The notes: generated from the sequence alone by a model not told the origin. Positions 21,936 through 35,565 are shown, counted from the whole stretch's first letter. The stretch: DNA of 63,688 nucleotides, filler included, from Circinaria calcarea (GCA_051942165.1; 45 parts of 45 records of this genome joined end to end with filler, not necessarily neighbours in it); one strand, 5' to 3'. Made by a program: numbers and translations.

Positions 21936-22607
21936 TGATAGAACAGAGATTTAGAGGGATAGTATCGCACGCATGACTTTCTCGAATTCTTTTCTTGCAT
22001 TATTGCCGCGACATAATATCAATCAATTATATGCCGCATATACATATACACTCGTTCACTTTTATTCCTAATACCCTTGCGCATATTCTCGACCATGGCT
22101 TAAGATGTCAATGCGCTCACATTCATTTGTGTAGCTTTTGAATTAGCATCGGCAGCCAGAGCAAAGACCTCGCTCTCTCAACTCTAATAATAAGGCTATC
22201 TGTGCACTGACACTTATGGTATGGCATACGACATCTCAGTCGTATGATCTAACCTCATGGGAGGCTGGATTTGCTGGAACAGTATGGCTTCTTGGTCGAG
22301 ATAAAAGTTAGCTTCACTCATGTTTCCGTTAGAATTATCAAATGCCGGCCTGGTATACTTTTTGGAGCTTTTCTGAAGCTAACACTTTATTGTCCTTTGA
22401 TCTTATCGAGTCACTCGCAATATTTCAGGACCCACTGTCCGCACCAATCGACGCCATCGAGTTATGGGGAACTGGTGGAGAGTACAATAAAATGCGGGAT
22501 CCCACGTTTCGTGTCAAACATATATCTGTCTCTTTCTCTTTATGCCGGAAGCAAAATCATCTCTATTAAATCCACCCTCTTATCGATTACATTCCCTACG
22601 CTCTTCC

Positions 22608-22689
22608 ATGATGCACTTCCTCCACCTCCCCCCTCTCATCCTCCTCCTCCTCCTCCTTCCCCGCGCCGCCGGTATCTCCCGCTCCATCC
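22608..22689 (+). CDS. Probable 5' end of a secreted protein (signal peptide only)
   Basis: MMHFLHLPPLILLLLLLPRAAGISRSI runs into the linker. Confidence 0.4.
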
Positions 22690-23860
22690 NNNNNNNNNNN
22701 NNNNNNNNNNNNNNNNNNNNNNNNNNNNNNNNNTTAATTAATTAANNNNNNNNNNNNNNNNNNNNNNNNNNNNNNNNNNNNNNNNNNNNCCTCCTTTTCC
22801 ACTCCTAAGAATACATCCCATTTTGAAAATGTTACTTCTCACTGACATTCCCATCCCCGTCCAGCTACAACGCCAAACGCCGGCACTGGCGGAAAACCCG
22901 CATCGGTATCTGAACAACGCACACACACCCACCTCTCCCACCCTTTTCCCCTCATCCTCGCATGACCCCCTCGAGATCCTTTCAGTACTTTCCACATACC
23001 GGTTTCGGATTTCATCTGGTACATCAAATGTATTGTGGTGGGGTACTGGGTTGGGATCTCGATCGAGGGGAGATGTTGGGGGAAGCGGGGAGAGATTTTG
23101 TTTGCTTTGGGAGAGGAGGCAGGGTGGAAAAAGGAGGGGAGGATGGATTAGAAACGTAGCTAGCTGGCGTTAGGCACACAATGAAAGACAGTGCGTGAGG
23201 AATTTCCACAACAGGTGCTATTTTGAATGCCTCGTCAAAGTGATGTCTGTGCCATGGACGTTGAGCGAGAACCGTGGCTGGGTTTCTGTGTTTCTGTGAT
23301 GCCGCAATGGGAAAGTCCTGTACCATGTCCGGATGATAGTAATCCTCATTCCTTACTCGTGTTAGAAAAAAATTTACAGCTCTGATCCAGCATATCATGC
23401 TTACTATACACTAACCAGGCATATCTACACACGTCCGCAGGATCAATGCCTCGTGTAAGAAATGATTGGAGAGCCATCGCCATCGATACCGACCCTTTGG
23501 TTACTATACCATATAAAATACAATATAGCGGTAAAAGGGAAGAGTGTAACGTTTTCTAGTTTCCAGTCTTGTATTGGTATTTCTAACAAGTAAAGTTGCT
23601 AAGGGCAGTCAGACAGCCATCACGTTGAAAGCCTTGTCGTGGATGGAACCCTTTTGATGGGTTTGACTTGCATAGGAGGGAAGGGTATCTAGTAACCCCG
23701 TTCAAGGCACATGCAAACACACCAAAACAATAACCACAAGGTAAACGCCACGCCTGGTCGTGATCCCATAACCACCTATGCAGAAAGACTGCATACTAGT
23801 TCTGACCCAGAGGAGACCACGTCCATGGAGCTAACTTCCATAAATGGATCGTGTACGAAT

Positions 23861-24098
23861 TTAGCGACTACAGCAGAGGATTAGCAATTGACTGGTCGAG
23901 AGAAGGCGATAGGAGGAGCACGACTTACTCTTCGGCCCATTCGTTCTCGCGACGGATCTGATCTTCCTCCTCCGGTGTGAAATCATTTTGGATGTTGAAC
24001 GTCTTGCGGATCTCCTCTGGTGATTTTCCCTTGATCATGTTGGCAACGGTCTTGCATCCGACATCAAGAAGAGCCTTGATATCGAGGTAGTTGGCAGC
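23861..24098 (-). CDS. SKP1: SCF subunit Skp1/SconC, last 2 exons (23929-24098, 23861-23867)
   Basis: [58 protein letters not shown]. Not in the ORF track. Confidence 0.98.
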
Positions 24099-24283
24099 CT
24101 AATAATACCANNNNNNNNNNNNNNNNNNNNNNNNNNNNNNNNNNNNNNNNNNNNTTAATTAATTAANNNNNNNNNNNNNNNNNNNNNNNNNNNNNNNNNN
24201 NNNNNNNNNNACGGCCTCTCTCTCCAGCTCTCCTCTTCTCCCCATCTCCCCATCATTACCCAAGCTAAAACTCCACATAACAG

Positions 24284-25230
24284 TTCATGCAACGCGCCGC
24301 CTTCTCCTCTGCCTCTCCCTCTCCTTCCTCCGCCCCTCTCACCCCCAGCACACCCACACACGCTCCTATCTCCCCCTTTCAATCTCACTCTCACTCTCAC
24401 TCTCACGCTTCGTCCCACAAACGCCAGAAGCTCTCTGAGCCATCCATGCCCTCGACCCCCAACCCTGACGCTCTCGCCATCCAAGCCGCGCTCGCAGCCG
24501 AAGAGGCCAAGAGGACAGAGGCGCTGGAGAGGCAGGCTGTGCAGGGTGACGAGACGAAGTGGGTGTTGAGTTTGAGTGCGAGCGAAGGTGGAAAGGTCCT
24601 TGAAGGGGGAGGAGGAGGAGGGGAGATCAGGACTGTGACGATGGGGTACGAGGATATTGATACGGGTATGAGCACGGGAGCTTGGAGGCAAGGAGGGGAA
24701 GAAGGGGGAGAGGAGCCGTGGAGACCGGTTATGATTGGGAGGCGGAGTTTTGGCAAGTTTAATCGTGCGTTGGAGGTATGCGAGTTCCTTTATACATATA
24801 CAAAGTCGCAATGTGAATCTGGAAAGCTACAAAAGCGAAAGAAGCTAACATATAATTCTCTGCACCTCAGAAGCGCCAACGCCCCTCCACCTCCTCCACC
24901 TCCTCCCAGCGCTCCTCACCCAACAACCCAGGAAGTGCAGAAGGTGAAAGCGAAGACGATGAAGACGACCCCACAGGCACAAACGCTCTCCTGCGCGCCT
25001 CCAAAGCAGAAGCCGGCCAGCGAGCTAAAGAAGAACTGAAAACGCAGAGGAAAGCGGCCAAAGCAGAAGCGGCACGGCTGGCCGAGAAACGGACATCTAA
25101 AGAGGTAAAGCTCAAAAAACTGCGGTCCATCTCAGGCGGTGGAATTGAAGCTGGAAAGATAATACGTAAGAATCGGATGGAGGAGCGAAAGAATAAGGCA
25201 AAGAAGGCGAGGGAAGAGTTGGAGTATTAG
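24284..25230 (+). CDS. Mpp6-like exosome cofactor candidate (exons 24284-24775, 24871-25230), 5' truncated
   Basis: FMQRAA start of exon, AALAAEEAKRTEALERQA..ETKWVL, GRRSFGKFNRALE (Mpp6-type motif) and a basic tail. Confidence 0.62.
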
Positions 25231-25387
25231 GAGAGTGCGTAGGAGGAGGGATCTTTGCACATGAAAACCAGTAAAATTCATAGAGAACCTGAAAGGAACT
25301 GCTGTTAGTACGAGGTGAAAAGCCGTCCAGAAAATCAAAAAGAGCTAGGAAGTTGCGAACCTCACGACATAAAACCCAACCACCCCC

Positions 25388-25529
25388 TCACCAATACGGA
25401 TCCATATCCACCCCCTCTTCCTCTTCCATCATCGGCGCCTGATACATCCCGGGCTGACTTCCCGTCCCCTCACCCAGGGCCCCACTCATCATATATTTCC
25501 CACTGTCCCCATACTCCGCCGCGCTCTCG
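25388..25529 (-). CDS. Possible C-terminal exon of an unknown gene
   Basis: Open from the contig edge: RERGGVWGQWEIYDEWALGEGTGSQPGMYQAPMMEEEEGVDMDPYW*. Convergent with the previous gene. Confidence 0.4.
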
Positions 25530-27051
25530 TNNNNNNNNNNNNNNNNNNNNNNNNNNNNNNNNNNNNNNNNNNNNTTAATTAATTAANNNNNNNNNNNNNN
25601 NNNNNNNNNNNNNNNNNNNNNNNNNNNNNNCTCTTCTCCTTTGTTTTATTTTTTGAGCCCCGGGAAGAGGGGGGGGGGGGCGGGGAAAGGGAAGTTTTAG
25701 CCCATTTATTTCCCTTTGGGATTAAAAAAAAATTCCCCCAGTTTTTTTTTCTTCCTTCTTCCTTCCTCCTCTTGATCGGACTAGCTGGACCAGCTGGACT
25801 AGTCGGAGGGGGTGTGAAACGAGTTTTTGAAGAAGGTTCGAGAGGTTTGCTTCCCCCGACCAGCTTTTGGTTTTGGTTTTGTTTTGTTCTTTGAAAAAAT
25901 GGGAAAATGGGTTAATTGTGAATGTTAGATGGGAGCGTGTGGGTTCATGCCCTGGTGTCTGGTTTCCTGTTTTCCCTTGTCGTATTTTCGTACTCTGTCT
26001 TCCCTCTTCCGGTTTTCCCTTTTTTCGCTCGGTAGGGCTAAGGGGGTGGTTTTTTTTGGATTTTTGGGAAAGGAGTACAACGTATTGGAATCTAATGAAA
26101 AAAGCGCTAGATTCCAAGCAAAAGCTCTAAGAATCAGCCGTGTTCTATGTAGAGCATTCCCCGGCCGGTAAATTTGGGGTTTTTTTTTCTCTCGAAGCCT
26201 TTTATTTTATTCGTTCTCCGCATCAAGTAAGTGGGCAAAAGCTACAGGGGGGTCATAAGTTATCATCAAATAAAGCCATAAGCCCCAGAGGTAAATCGAT
26301 AGCTCCAACGCCCATTCAAAATCCCTTTTCAATGCATAGGCGCAACGTGAACCGTAGGCATTTGATCAATGTGAACGAAAAGAAGGGGAAAGAGAGAGGG
26401 GGTTTGCGGATGGAGGGAAGAAATTAGGTTGGTTGGTAGTGGTGCGGGATGAGAGGACGGAAGGAGAAGGGAGGAGAGGGAAAGGGGGAGTAAAGTAAGT
26501 CGGGTTCCGTCAGGATGATTCATTCTGATAAAGGGGGGAGGAGAGTGGGAGTCCCTTAGGTGTTAGGGAAAGGGGTGGCAGCAAGTAGAAGTAGAAGCGC
26601 GAGGGCGAGGGTGAACGCTGCAGTAGGGTCCCTGGTTGGTGAGTGGATACAAAGATCGAGAACGGACTAATAGGATAACCTCTTCTCTCCCTTTGACATG
26701 GTAAAATCAACCGAGTTTTGAAGAAGCGTTTTTTTTCTCCGGGAGGGGGGTGGATCGGTTAGGGTTTCGAGTCACCGGTTTTTCCTTTTCGAGTTTTGGT
26801 GCATCTTTCATCGACTGGCTGGGATTTTTGCCTTTTATTTTTCCCCTCGGTCTCGGTCGGAAAGGCTCGTTTTTGCCTCCCCCCTTCCCAGTTCGGTCTC
26901 GTGCGGTGGGGGCGAGGTTGGGTTTCTATTCTTCCCCCTTCCCCCTTCCCNNNNNNNNNNNNNNNNNNNNNNNNNNNNNNNNNNNNNNNNNNNNTTAATT
27001 AATTAANNNNNNNNNNNNNNNNNNNNNNNNNNNNNNNNNNNNNNNNNNNNC

Positions 27052-27279
27052 GATACTGCATCCATGGCTCAAAGCCACGGTGAGCTCGTTACGGGAGCAG
27101 GCGCGGCGCTTATGTCTGGAGGAAGAGGTGACAACGTTCGGAGTGCAAGCCCTGGGTACGGCGGTGCTTACGGCGGATACAGCGGGAGAAACAGTCGGGG
27201 AAGCGGGAGAAGTGGAAGTACGGGTAGACAGCAGATTAGCGCACCTGTGATGGCTGAGAACTCTCTGGGGTGGAACTAA
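27052..27279 (+). CDS. Gly/Ser-rich C-terminal tail of an unknown protein
   Basis: Open from the contig edge: DTASMAQSHGELVTGAGAALMSGG...RQQISAPVMAENSLGWN*. Confidence 0.5.
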   Translation, partial: DTASMAQSHGELVTGAGAALMSGGRGDNVRSASPGYGGAYGGYSGRNSRGSGRSGSTGRQQISAPVMAENSLGWN

Positions 27280-28470
27280 AAAAAGAGTGATGTGGTAATA
27301 TATGATGAAGATGGGGGCTGGGGTTGATATCTGTATCATACTAGTTTTCGAGCCAGGAGGGGCTTTTCTTTCACCCCCTGTCTATTTACCATGGTCTGAT
27401 TTTGCATCTATGTTCGAGGATAAGGAGGCTAGCTTCGAAGGACCTTAAAATGGTAGGGAGGCGGTCTTTTGTGTTTGACTCGGGATACCTACTTTCGATT
27501 CCAAGGATCGTTTCCTGGCGATCCTACTATCCTATTTATGATTATCAACGTAGCCTTTTGGGCCTCTGGCCCTTTTGCTGGAAGTTAACCCTGGGTGGGT
27601 GACCATCTTGAATTTTGTCTTTTTTTGGGGTTGGCAAGTGTGCTCCAGCCCCATTTTTGTGGGGAACCTGAACTGTGTATAGAATAGAAAGGCGGCGGCG
27701 GCTCTTTATAGCTAGCTTGGCTTGGCTTAGTTAGGGCTCCGCCAAACCAGACCAAAGCATTTGAATGAAAATCGCCCTGTTTCCCTAGTTTTCCGTTTCC
27801 CGTTTCCCGTTTCCCGTTTCTTGTCTTGGAAAGCCACCGACGCTTTCTTGATCCGATGTGTGTATAATTTCCGTCCGGTTTTTTATCCCGGGGGGGTAGA
27901 GGGGGGAGGTCTCGAGCTCACGTTACAAAGTTCTGCCTTTCTGCCTTTCTGCCTTTCTGCCTTGATTCTAGCTACCAGACCTTCTCTCACTCTACCAGCA
28001 AGCGGGGCTGTGGCTGTTTAGCGTAGGTTCCCGCCCCCTCGGGGGTACGTATGTACACGTGTATACGTTACTAAAGAGAGAGAGGGGGAAGCAAGAGAAG
28101 GCATGGTACGACCGGATCATCCAAAGCTGTGGAAAATTTCAAGAGAGATCCTGCCACACCTTTCTTCCTTCTTCCCTCTTCTCTCCTCCAACCCTTTCCT
28201 TCCTACCTTCCCCTCTCTCTCCTTACCCCTTCCCCAACTACCGAAGAAATACCTGGGCGGATATGCTAAGAGTGGCAAAGAACCGGAAGGGGAAGCGGTG
28301 GGGATTGGAGATTGGAGGTTTTGCTCTTTGTGTTTCTGGAGACTGCAAAATATCTTGTAGGGGCAGGGGGNNNNNNNNNNNNNNNNNNNNNNNNNNNNNN
28401 NNNNNNNNNNNNNNTTAATTAATTAANNNNNNNNNNNNNNNNNNNNNNNNNNNNNNNNNNNNNNNNNNNN

Positions 28471-28650
28471 AGTTAAGATACAGATAAGTACAATACTTGC
28501 ATATTCAGCCAAAAAGAAAAATACAAATATAACTGCGGCATGTTCTGTCATAAAACCACTAACTAGTTCAGATTCTGCTTCCGCTAAATCAAAGGGGGCT
28601 CTATTTGTTTCTGCAATGGAACCTATGAAGAATATTATGAAAATAGGTAA
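28471..28650 (-). CDS. nad1: Mitochondrial NADH dehydrogenase subunit 1, internal segment
   Basis: [60 protein letters not shown] in a strongly AT-rich contig. Confidence 0.97.
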
Positions 28651-28879
28651 ATGGTCTTATTAATTACAATTAAGTTAATAAGGGAGTATTACTGCATTTG
28701 AAAAAAAAGAGTCTTTTTTTCAAATAACCGTTATGTGGTGTCATGGCATGTATAGATAGTAAAACCTTAGTTGTACTATTTATATTAGTGCTAATGTAGC
28801 TGAATACAAAAATATTTAAATAATATGTATAAATATATTATACATATTAAAAATGTCATGATTAAATATGTAACTAGTT

Positions 28880-29788
28880 TTAAAGATAAAATAAATTATC
28901 TGGATTTACAAAGTAAAAATTTAATTGTATTCTTAAATAAAGATGTTCTTGAAATTCCGGAACTAGAAGAGGGTATCTTCAATTTATTGCTCTTTCCAAT
29001 AAATAATCCATACGTTCTAATATATCAGTTAACTCTTCACTAATATCCACTAGTGAAATCATATCTTTTTCGAAGATAGCCAAGTTATCACCTAAAACGT
29101 CTGATCTACTAAAACTAATATTGGATAGAGCATCTGCTCTATCCAATATGTCATCACCGTGTATCCTCTGTAGTTTATCGAGATATGCGTATTCTCAGTT
29201 TTCTACTTTTTGAGCAATACTGTGTCCTGCCTTGTTAAATCTATGATATATCCTTATAAATTCTGATGTTAGTTCCTTGTATTCTGACATAAGGATATAT
29301 TCTTGAATTATCTTACGGATATCTCTAGGGAGAAAAAAGGGGTTATTTTTTTTTCTCACTAGCTATACAATTACTGCACAAATCTATAACATTTGAACCA
29401 GATTTACTAATATAATTAGCTCAGTTTACTGATTTTCCTTTGTTGGATTTATTAATGCTTTTAGTATAGATACCTTTTGCATGATAAGCACAACTTTTTA
29501 ATATAGTTTTATTAAGATATGTATCTTTTATTCTATTTATATAAGCTATATAGATTTTATCTTGTAAGTTAGATAATAAACCTTTAAGATAATTAATAAG
29601 TGCAAGCTTATATAAATTGTAAAGGCCGAGCAACTTAGCAATTAAATGCCCCCCACATTTCCCAATTATAATATCTAGGCCTAATAGTTCAATAATAAGG
29701 AAGCATTTGAGGTAGTACCAATAAAGCCACGAAATGTGGATAACTATTAAAAAAAGAATATAACAATTGTGCTTTTTGGTATAAAAGA
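28880..29788 (-). CDS. Mitochondrial orphan ORF (genetic code 4), about 300 aa, one frameshift in a homopolymer at about 29346-29354
   Basis: Open from the contig edge to TAA at 28880 if TGA=Trp (3 in-frame TGA) and the A9 run is read as A8. Hydrophobic N-terminal part, charged helical C-terminal part. Confidence 0.6.
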
Positions 29789-30297
29789 TCNNNNNNNNNN
29801 NNNNNNNNNNNNNNNNNNNNNNNNNNNNNNNNNNTTAATTAATTAANNNNNNNNNNNNNNNNNNNNNNNNNNNNNNNNNNNNNNNNNNNNCTTGAATTCT
29901 GATCGCACCGAGCTTAACAGACATTCTTGTTAGGCTATGAAGACATCCATCGAGTTATGTGATAGCCACCCTAATTTTTGCAAAAACTGGGGAGATTGCC
30001 GCTTAATAGAAATTCATTCCAACACCATGACCGATCCAGAGCCGATTCGCAAGCTGGCTTGCCAGTCCCGGCGGCAAGTTGGTCGGCCCCCACCACAACC
30101 CTTACCGATCACTTACCCACGGTCGCAATTCGGGACGCCCAACACAGACGTAGCGCCCCATGCAAGGTTGGACAGCCGTTGTGTCGCCTTGCAACCGGAT
30201 TCGTCCAGTGCGTCCGAAAACGTTTCATCGAGGATCATGATTAGATTATGATCGACATACGGCATTTTGTTGCAACAGGTTATTTGAACGGCTCGCC

Positions 30298-31209
30298 ATG
30301 AAAAACGTGTCTATCTGCTTCTCCGGTCATCCCAGGGTTTTTCTCGATTATAAAACAGCTTGGGATCGATATTTTTCCATGATCCGAAGCCATTATAATT
30401 TGGCTATATATTTTCATTGCTGGGCAGACCAAGGGCTTGTTCCATTTGTTGATGGAAGATATGCCGAAGGTCATCTCATACCCGGGCACTACCAAAGAAT
30501 GCAGGAATTAGTGGATTTTCTGCGTCCTGTCGCATTCACGATTGAGAGTGCTTCACCTGATTTGCTTCAGAAAAACAGAGGTTTTCGCTCTGTCATACTT
30601 TCAAGTATGCAGGGAAGCCGGAGAAGCATCCTTTCGCAACTTTACAGTATTAACCGTGCGGATGCGATCCGTGAAACCTTTGAAGCTTCCGAAAACATTC
30701 AGCCTGATGTTGTGGTTCGGATGCGTTTCGACGTCGTGCCTCACACGTTTACCCTTAATGAAATCAACTATGTTGCTGCCCATCCCAACATGAGAGTGCT
30801 ATTTGCCCCGTCCCCCGCTTTCCATGTTCATCCGGGTGGCGGAGGCGGGTGTCAGGAGTGCCACAACTTTTTTGATGCCAATCAGTTGCGAGGCGATTTT
30901 GAGATTTGCGTGCAGAAATTCCTGAAATGCCATCGGCACCATGCAAACGATATATGCGATCTTTTCGCAGTCGGCAGTCCACAAACGATGAAGCAATACA
31001 CACAAATATACAACAAGGCACACCTGCTAATTGGTCAGGTTCAAAACAGCATAGCCCCTCACATCATGCAGGATTACTGCTTTGTTCAAGATAGTAAAGA
31101 ACTTTCCGACCGTCGCATACAATCCACGTTAGCCTATCCGTTCGACATCGAAGAAAGCCCTATATTCGTTCCAGAAAAACTGATCCGGTTTCAGATGGCC
31201 GGGTTCCTC
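30298..31209 (+). CDS. Intronless hypothetical protein, putative glycosyltransferase-like, 3' truncated
   Basis: 304 uninterrupted codons. Motifs ICFSGHPR, IYFHCW, SQLYS, DVVVRMRFDV, DLFAVGS..MKQY and PEKL. Confidence 0.75.
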
Positions 31210-34200
31210 NNNNNNNNNNNNNNNNNNNNNNNNNNNNNNNNNNNNNNNNNNNNTTAATTAATTAANNNNNNNNNNNNNNNNNNNNNNNNNNNNNNNNNNN
31301 NNNNNNNNNGCAAGGCAACTGTACTATACCATCAGCAATAACAATCCAACCCTATTTACAGTAGCGTTCTACATACGGTCTGTTTTCTACCGCCACCCCG
31401 TCTTCAAGCCGCCTAGGCCCTCGTTACTGAGGCGCGCGAGGCTCGTTACATGGCCGCTATGCAAATCTCTCAGGGCTAGAGTACCACCGTCTACTTCGGC
31501 CCTTACGCCGACACGCGACTAGCCGGGCCGCTGAAAGGCGTTACACGCACTGCAGAACAAAACGAAACGAAACAAAAGGAATGTAGAGGGCCTCAGCATC
31601 CCCTAATAAAGAGAGAGATGCTTTCTTTTCTCCCCTGAAAGCAGACCAAACGTCCCCTATCCTATTAGCCAGACCAAAAACACAATCATCATCACCGTCA
31701 CCATTGCCAATGCCAAGTGTCAGAGAAGTTTGAGCTCCTTACTAACGCTTAGCGGTATTTTTTCTTCCCCGCGTGGTGCTTTCCCTTCAGGGGAATTGAA
31801 GGGGAAAGGAGGCGAAAAGGAGGGTGGGTTTAACTTGGATGATTAGGAAGCGGGGGTGGAGTGGGAGTGGGAGTGTGGAGGAAAGAAGGGGAGCGGACGT
31901 ATGGGATGGGATGGATAGTTCGATTAGAAAGGAGTCTTTTCGATTTGTGAAGGGGGGGGAGGGTATGACGGGAATGAGAGTAAGAATTGAGAATGGGGGT
32001 TAGAAATTCCCCTGGTCGGTGTATAGTAATGATTCAAAAAGGTTAATACGTGAGCGATGGCTTGTCCTGAAAAGAGCTTGTTTAGATAAAATTAAGAGGA
32101 GCGATGTTGCGATATAATGAAGTGGACAGGTGAATTTGCTAGGGAAAGCATGGCTGCGACGGCGTGCTACCCTAGCCTAGCACCTAGCCACCTCGTACTG
32201 GCACTGACTGATTGATTTGATAGCTTGTATTTGGGAACTGTTACCGTACTTTCTGCGTAGGGAATCTGTCAAAGGATATCCTAGCGTGGTAATGATTTTC
32301 TCAAGCCTGACTTCTACAAACCGTTTCCTTCGAATCAATACCACGATACGCTATAAGGGTACTTAGACCCCATCCCTCCCCCCGGTACCTCTTATACAGC
32401 ATCTTCTTTTCTCCGACTACCAATCCCTTCCTATCTGTTCTGAGAGCGCTCGCCAGTAGCGCAGTGAGAAGGTTACAATGCAAAATATCAGTGTGGTGGA
32501 GTTTCTAAGTTCACCCGGCTATTTTGGATGTTTTTGGATAGCGTCACACTATGCTACGTCCCTTGAGCGTGTGCGCAGTGCTGAGACCTTGGCTATTCAT
32601 TACCGAGACCAATATGGTAGCCGTACTTNNNNNNNNNNNNNNNNNNNNNNNNNNNNNNNNNNNNNNNNNNNNTTAATTAATTAANNNNNNNNNNNNNNNN
32701 NNNNNNNNNNNNNNNNNNNNNNNNNNNNGCTTAACAAAGGGGAAATAAGGGAGAAGTAGGGTTCCGGCCTAGCAATCCCTCTAGCCTTCGAGCCGGAATC
32801 GAGGGGTGAGGGAGGGTGAGGAAGGTGGGGACCTTGATTTAAGATGGGAAGGGAAATGGGAACGGAGGGGCCCAGGGGGCCGGATTTTGAAGAAGAGGAC
32901 AGAGAATAGTGAAATTAGACAGCAAGGCAGTTTCGGAAATGCTTTGGTCATCGGTCGGGCAATTCTGTTGTACAATCCCTTTTTTTTGGTGCCGGACAAT
33001 CGCCATAAACACAAGCCACCATCTATTTACTTCCAGTCATGAGCCCTTTTGTCCATTTGTAAGCAAGCCGCGGTAGAAACCCTCGGTCGGGATTTATCTG
33101 ATATTTTTTCCGTGATAACCTTCCTCGCTTTTAACAACTGGACAGAACGGGCGTTCTGGACTTATCGGGTTTGAGAATAAACCCATTTGGCACATTCAGG
33201 GTTGCTGGCTTTTCTACCCTGCGTGCCAACCCCAACCCCAACCCCAACCCAGCCCAACATCTGGATACGATTTGCAAAGCCGCAATCCTTTGCTCGGAGT
33301 CTTGGTGAATTAGGACCCAGTGTTTTTCTTTTCTTCTCTTAGCGACAGGGGAAATTGGGGAGAGGTTACGCCCGTAGCGATCACCTAAAATAATAAAAGA
33401 AAATCGATTCTAAATGAAACGATAAACCTTTTCTCCCAGCTTCAGTGGTTCGAGGTATACTACGGCGAAAATCCCCCTTATTTAGTTATGCTGAAGCTGT
33501 AGCCATCGATCCTTCCTTTAATCCGTTCTACCTCAAGCCTTCGAACGCATTTGGGCAAAAAACCATTAAAATATTTTGGATTTTCTTCTAGGGGGCAGGA
33601 ATTTCCATCCATTCCACATCTCTATCAGCGTAGTAAGGATTGGCAAGCGCGCCCTTTCGTATTTCAAATAAGTAGGGTAGCAGTCTACGGGCTTTCTGCC
33701 CAGCCGCGCTAGCGCTAGCAGGCAGAGATGCACGGGGCCCGGAGCTTAATTTGCGAATTGGAAGGGTCTCCATCCTAACCTCCATGGTGGAAACCAGTTA
33801 GTACAGAATCCTTCGTATGTTGTTGGTATGACTCACAAAAACGCGGGGCTAGGAAGGAATAGGCCAAGATATCTACTCGCAAAATAAAAAGAGAGGGGAA
33901 AGAGAACGAGGTTTCTTCGGAGAACAGAGGTAGAGTAGGAATAAGAGGGAAAAGGAAATAATCCAATAACCCGCTTCCAAAACCTCTTTTAAAAAAACCA
34001 GCTTCCCCTCTGTTCTCTCTCTCCCCCCCAAACAAACAAACAAAAANNNNNNNNNNNNNNNNNNNNNNNNNNNNNNNNNNNNNNNNNNNNTTAATTAATT
34101 AANNNNNNNNNNNNNNNNNNNNNNNNNNNNNNNNNNNNNNNNNNNNGTGTATAATCGAGCATTTTACGACCTTCCTATAAAGGTAAGAGCTAAGGCCCAA

Positions 34201-34460
34201 AATGGACAGAAAACTAGGCCGAAAAGCGTAAAAAAACTAAACCCTTTACGGCCACTTTAAGTGTTCTGCTGAGACTCCGGTAGAATTTTGCTCGGATCAG
34301 ACCGGGTCGTGCCCAGATTTATAACCCTTCAACTTCGTTCCTCGTTTCAGGGCACTGGAGTCGCTAGCGCGACTCCCCTGTCTGCCACATTAAACACGGG
34401 TGGCTGATAGGGCCCTGCCAGGGCCCCTAGCTTAACGTGCTTGACTTCTAATAATATATC

Positions 34461-34507
34461 GTTCCCCCGTAGGGTTCGTAGGGGTTCTCGGGTAGAGCCC
34501 TTACATT
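34461..34507 (-). repeat. Dispersed 47-bp repeat, probable LTR terminus (copy 2)
   Basis: Near-identical to 19725-19771. Confidence 0.7.
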
Positions 34508-34814
34508 GGAATGCGGGGGAAAATGCGTCATCGGGCCGGGTGCGGCATTGCTTAGAGATATTTGGTAAGCTTTAAAGATTTTGGTAGAGCTTACCTACAG
34601 TTATCCACTGTGTTTTATGACTTCGGCCATCTTCTCTTGATACATGGTGTTAGTCTCCGCGGATGTTGACTTGCCTTCATCATGGATTAACCATGTCTTC
34701 TTAGCATTTGACATTCCCTCCAACGATTGTTTATCTGGGCGTGGAATACTGGCCCTCGCGGCATTTGTCCTTATGTCTCTATGGTAATCACAGTTCCAAG
34801 GTCTCTATGATTAA

Positions 34815-35462
<648 letters not shown>

Positions 35463-35565
35463 AGNNNNNNNNNNNNNNNNNNNNNNNNNNNNNNNNNNNN
35501 NNNNNNNNTTAATTAATTAANNNNNNNNNNNNNNNNNNNNNNNNNNNNNNNNNNNNNNNNNNNNC

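Noticed and set aside
28651..28800. Firm call of a group I or group II intron in nad1
   Set aside because: No terminal G at the junction and no recognisable domain V. Kept only as an open question.
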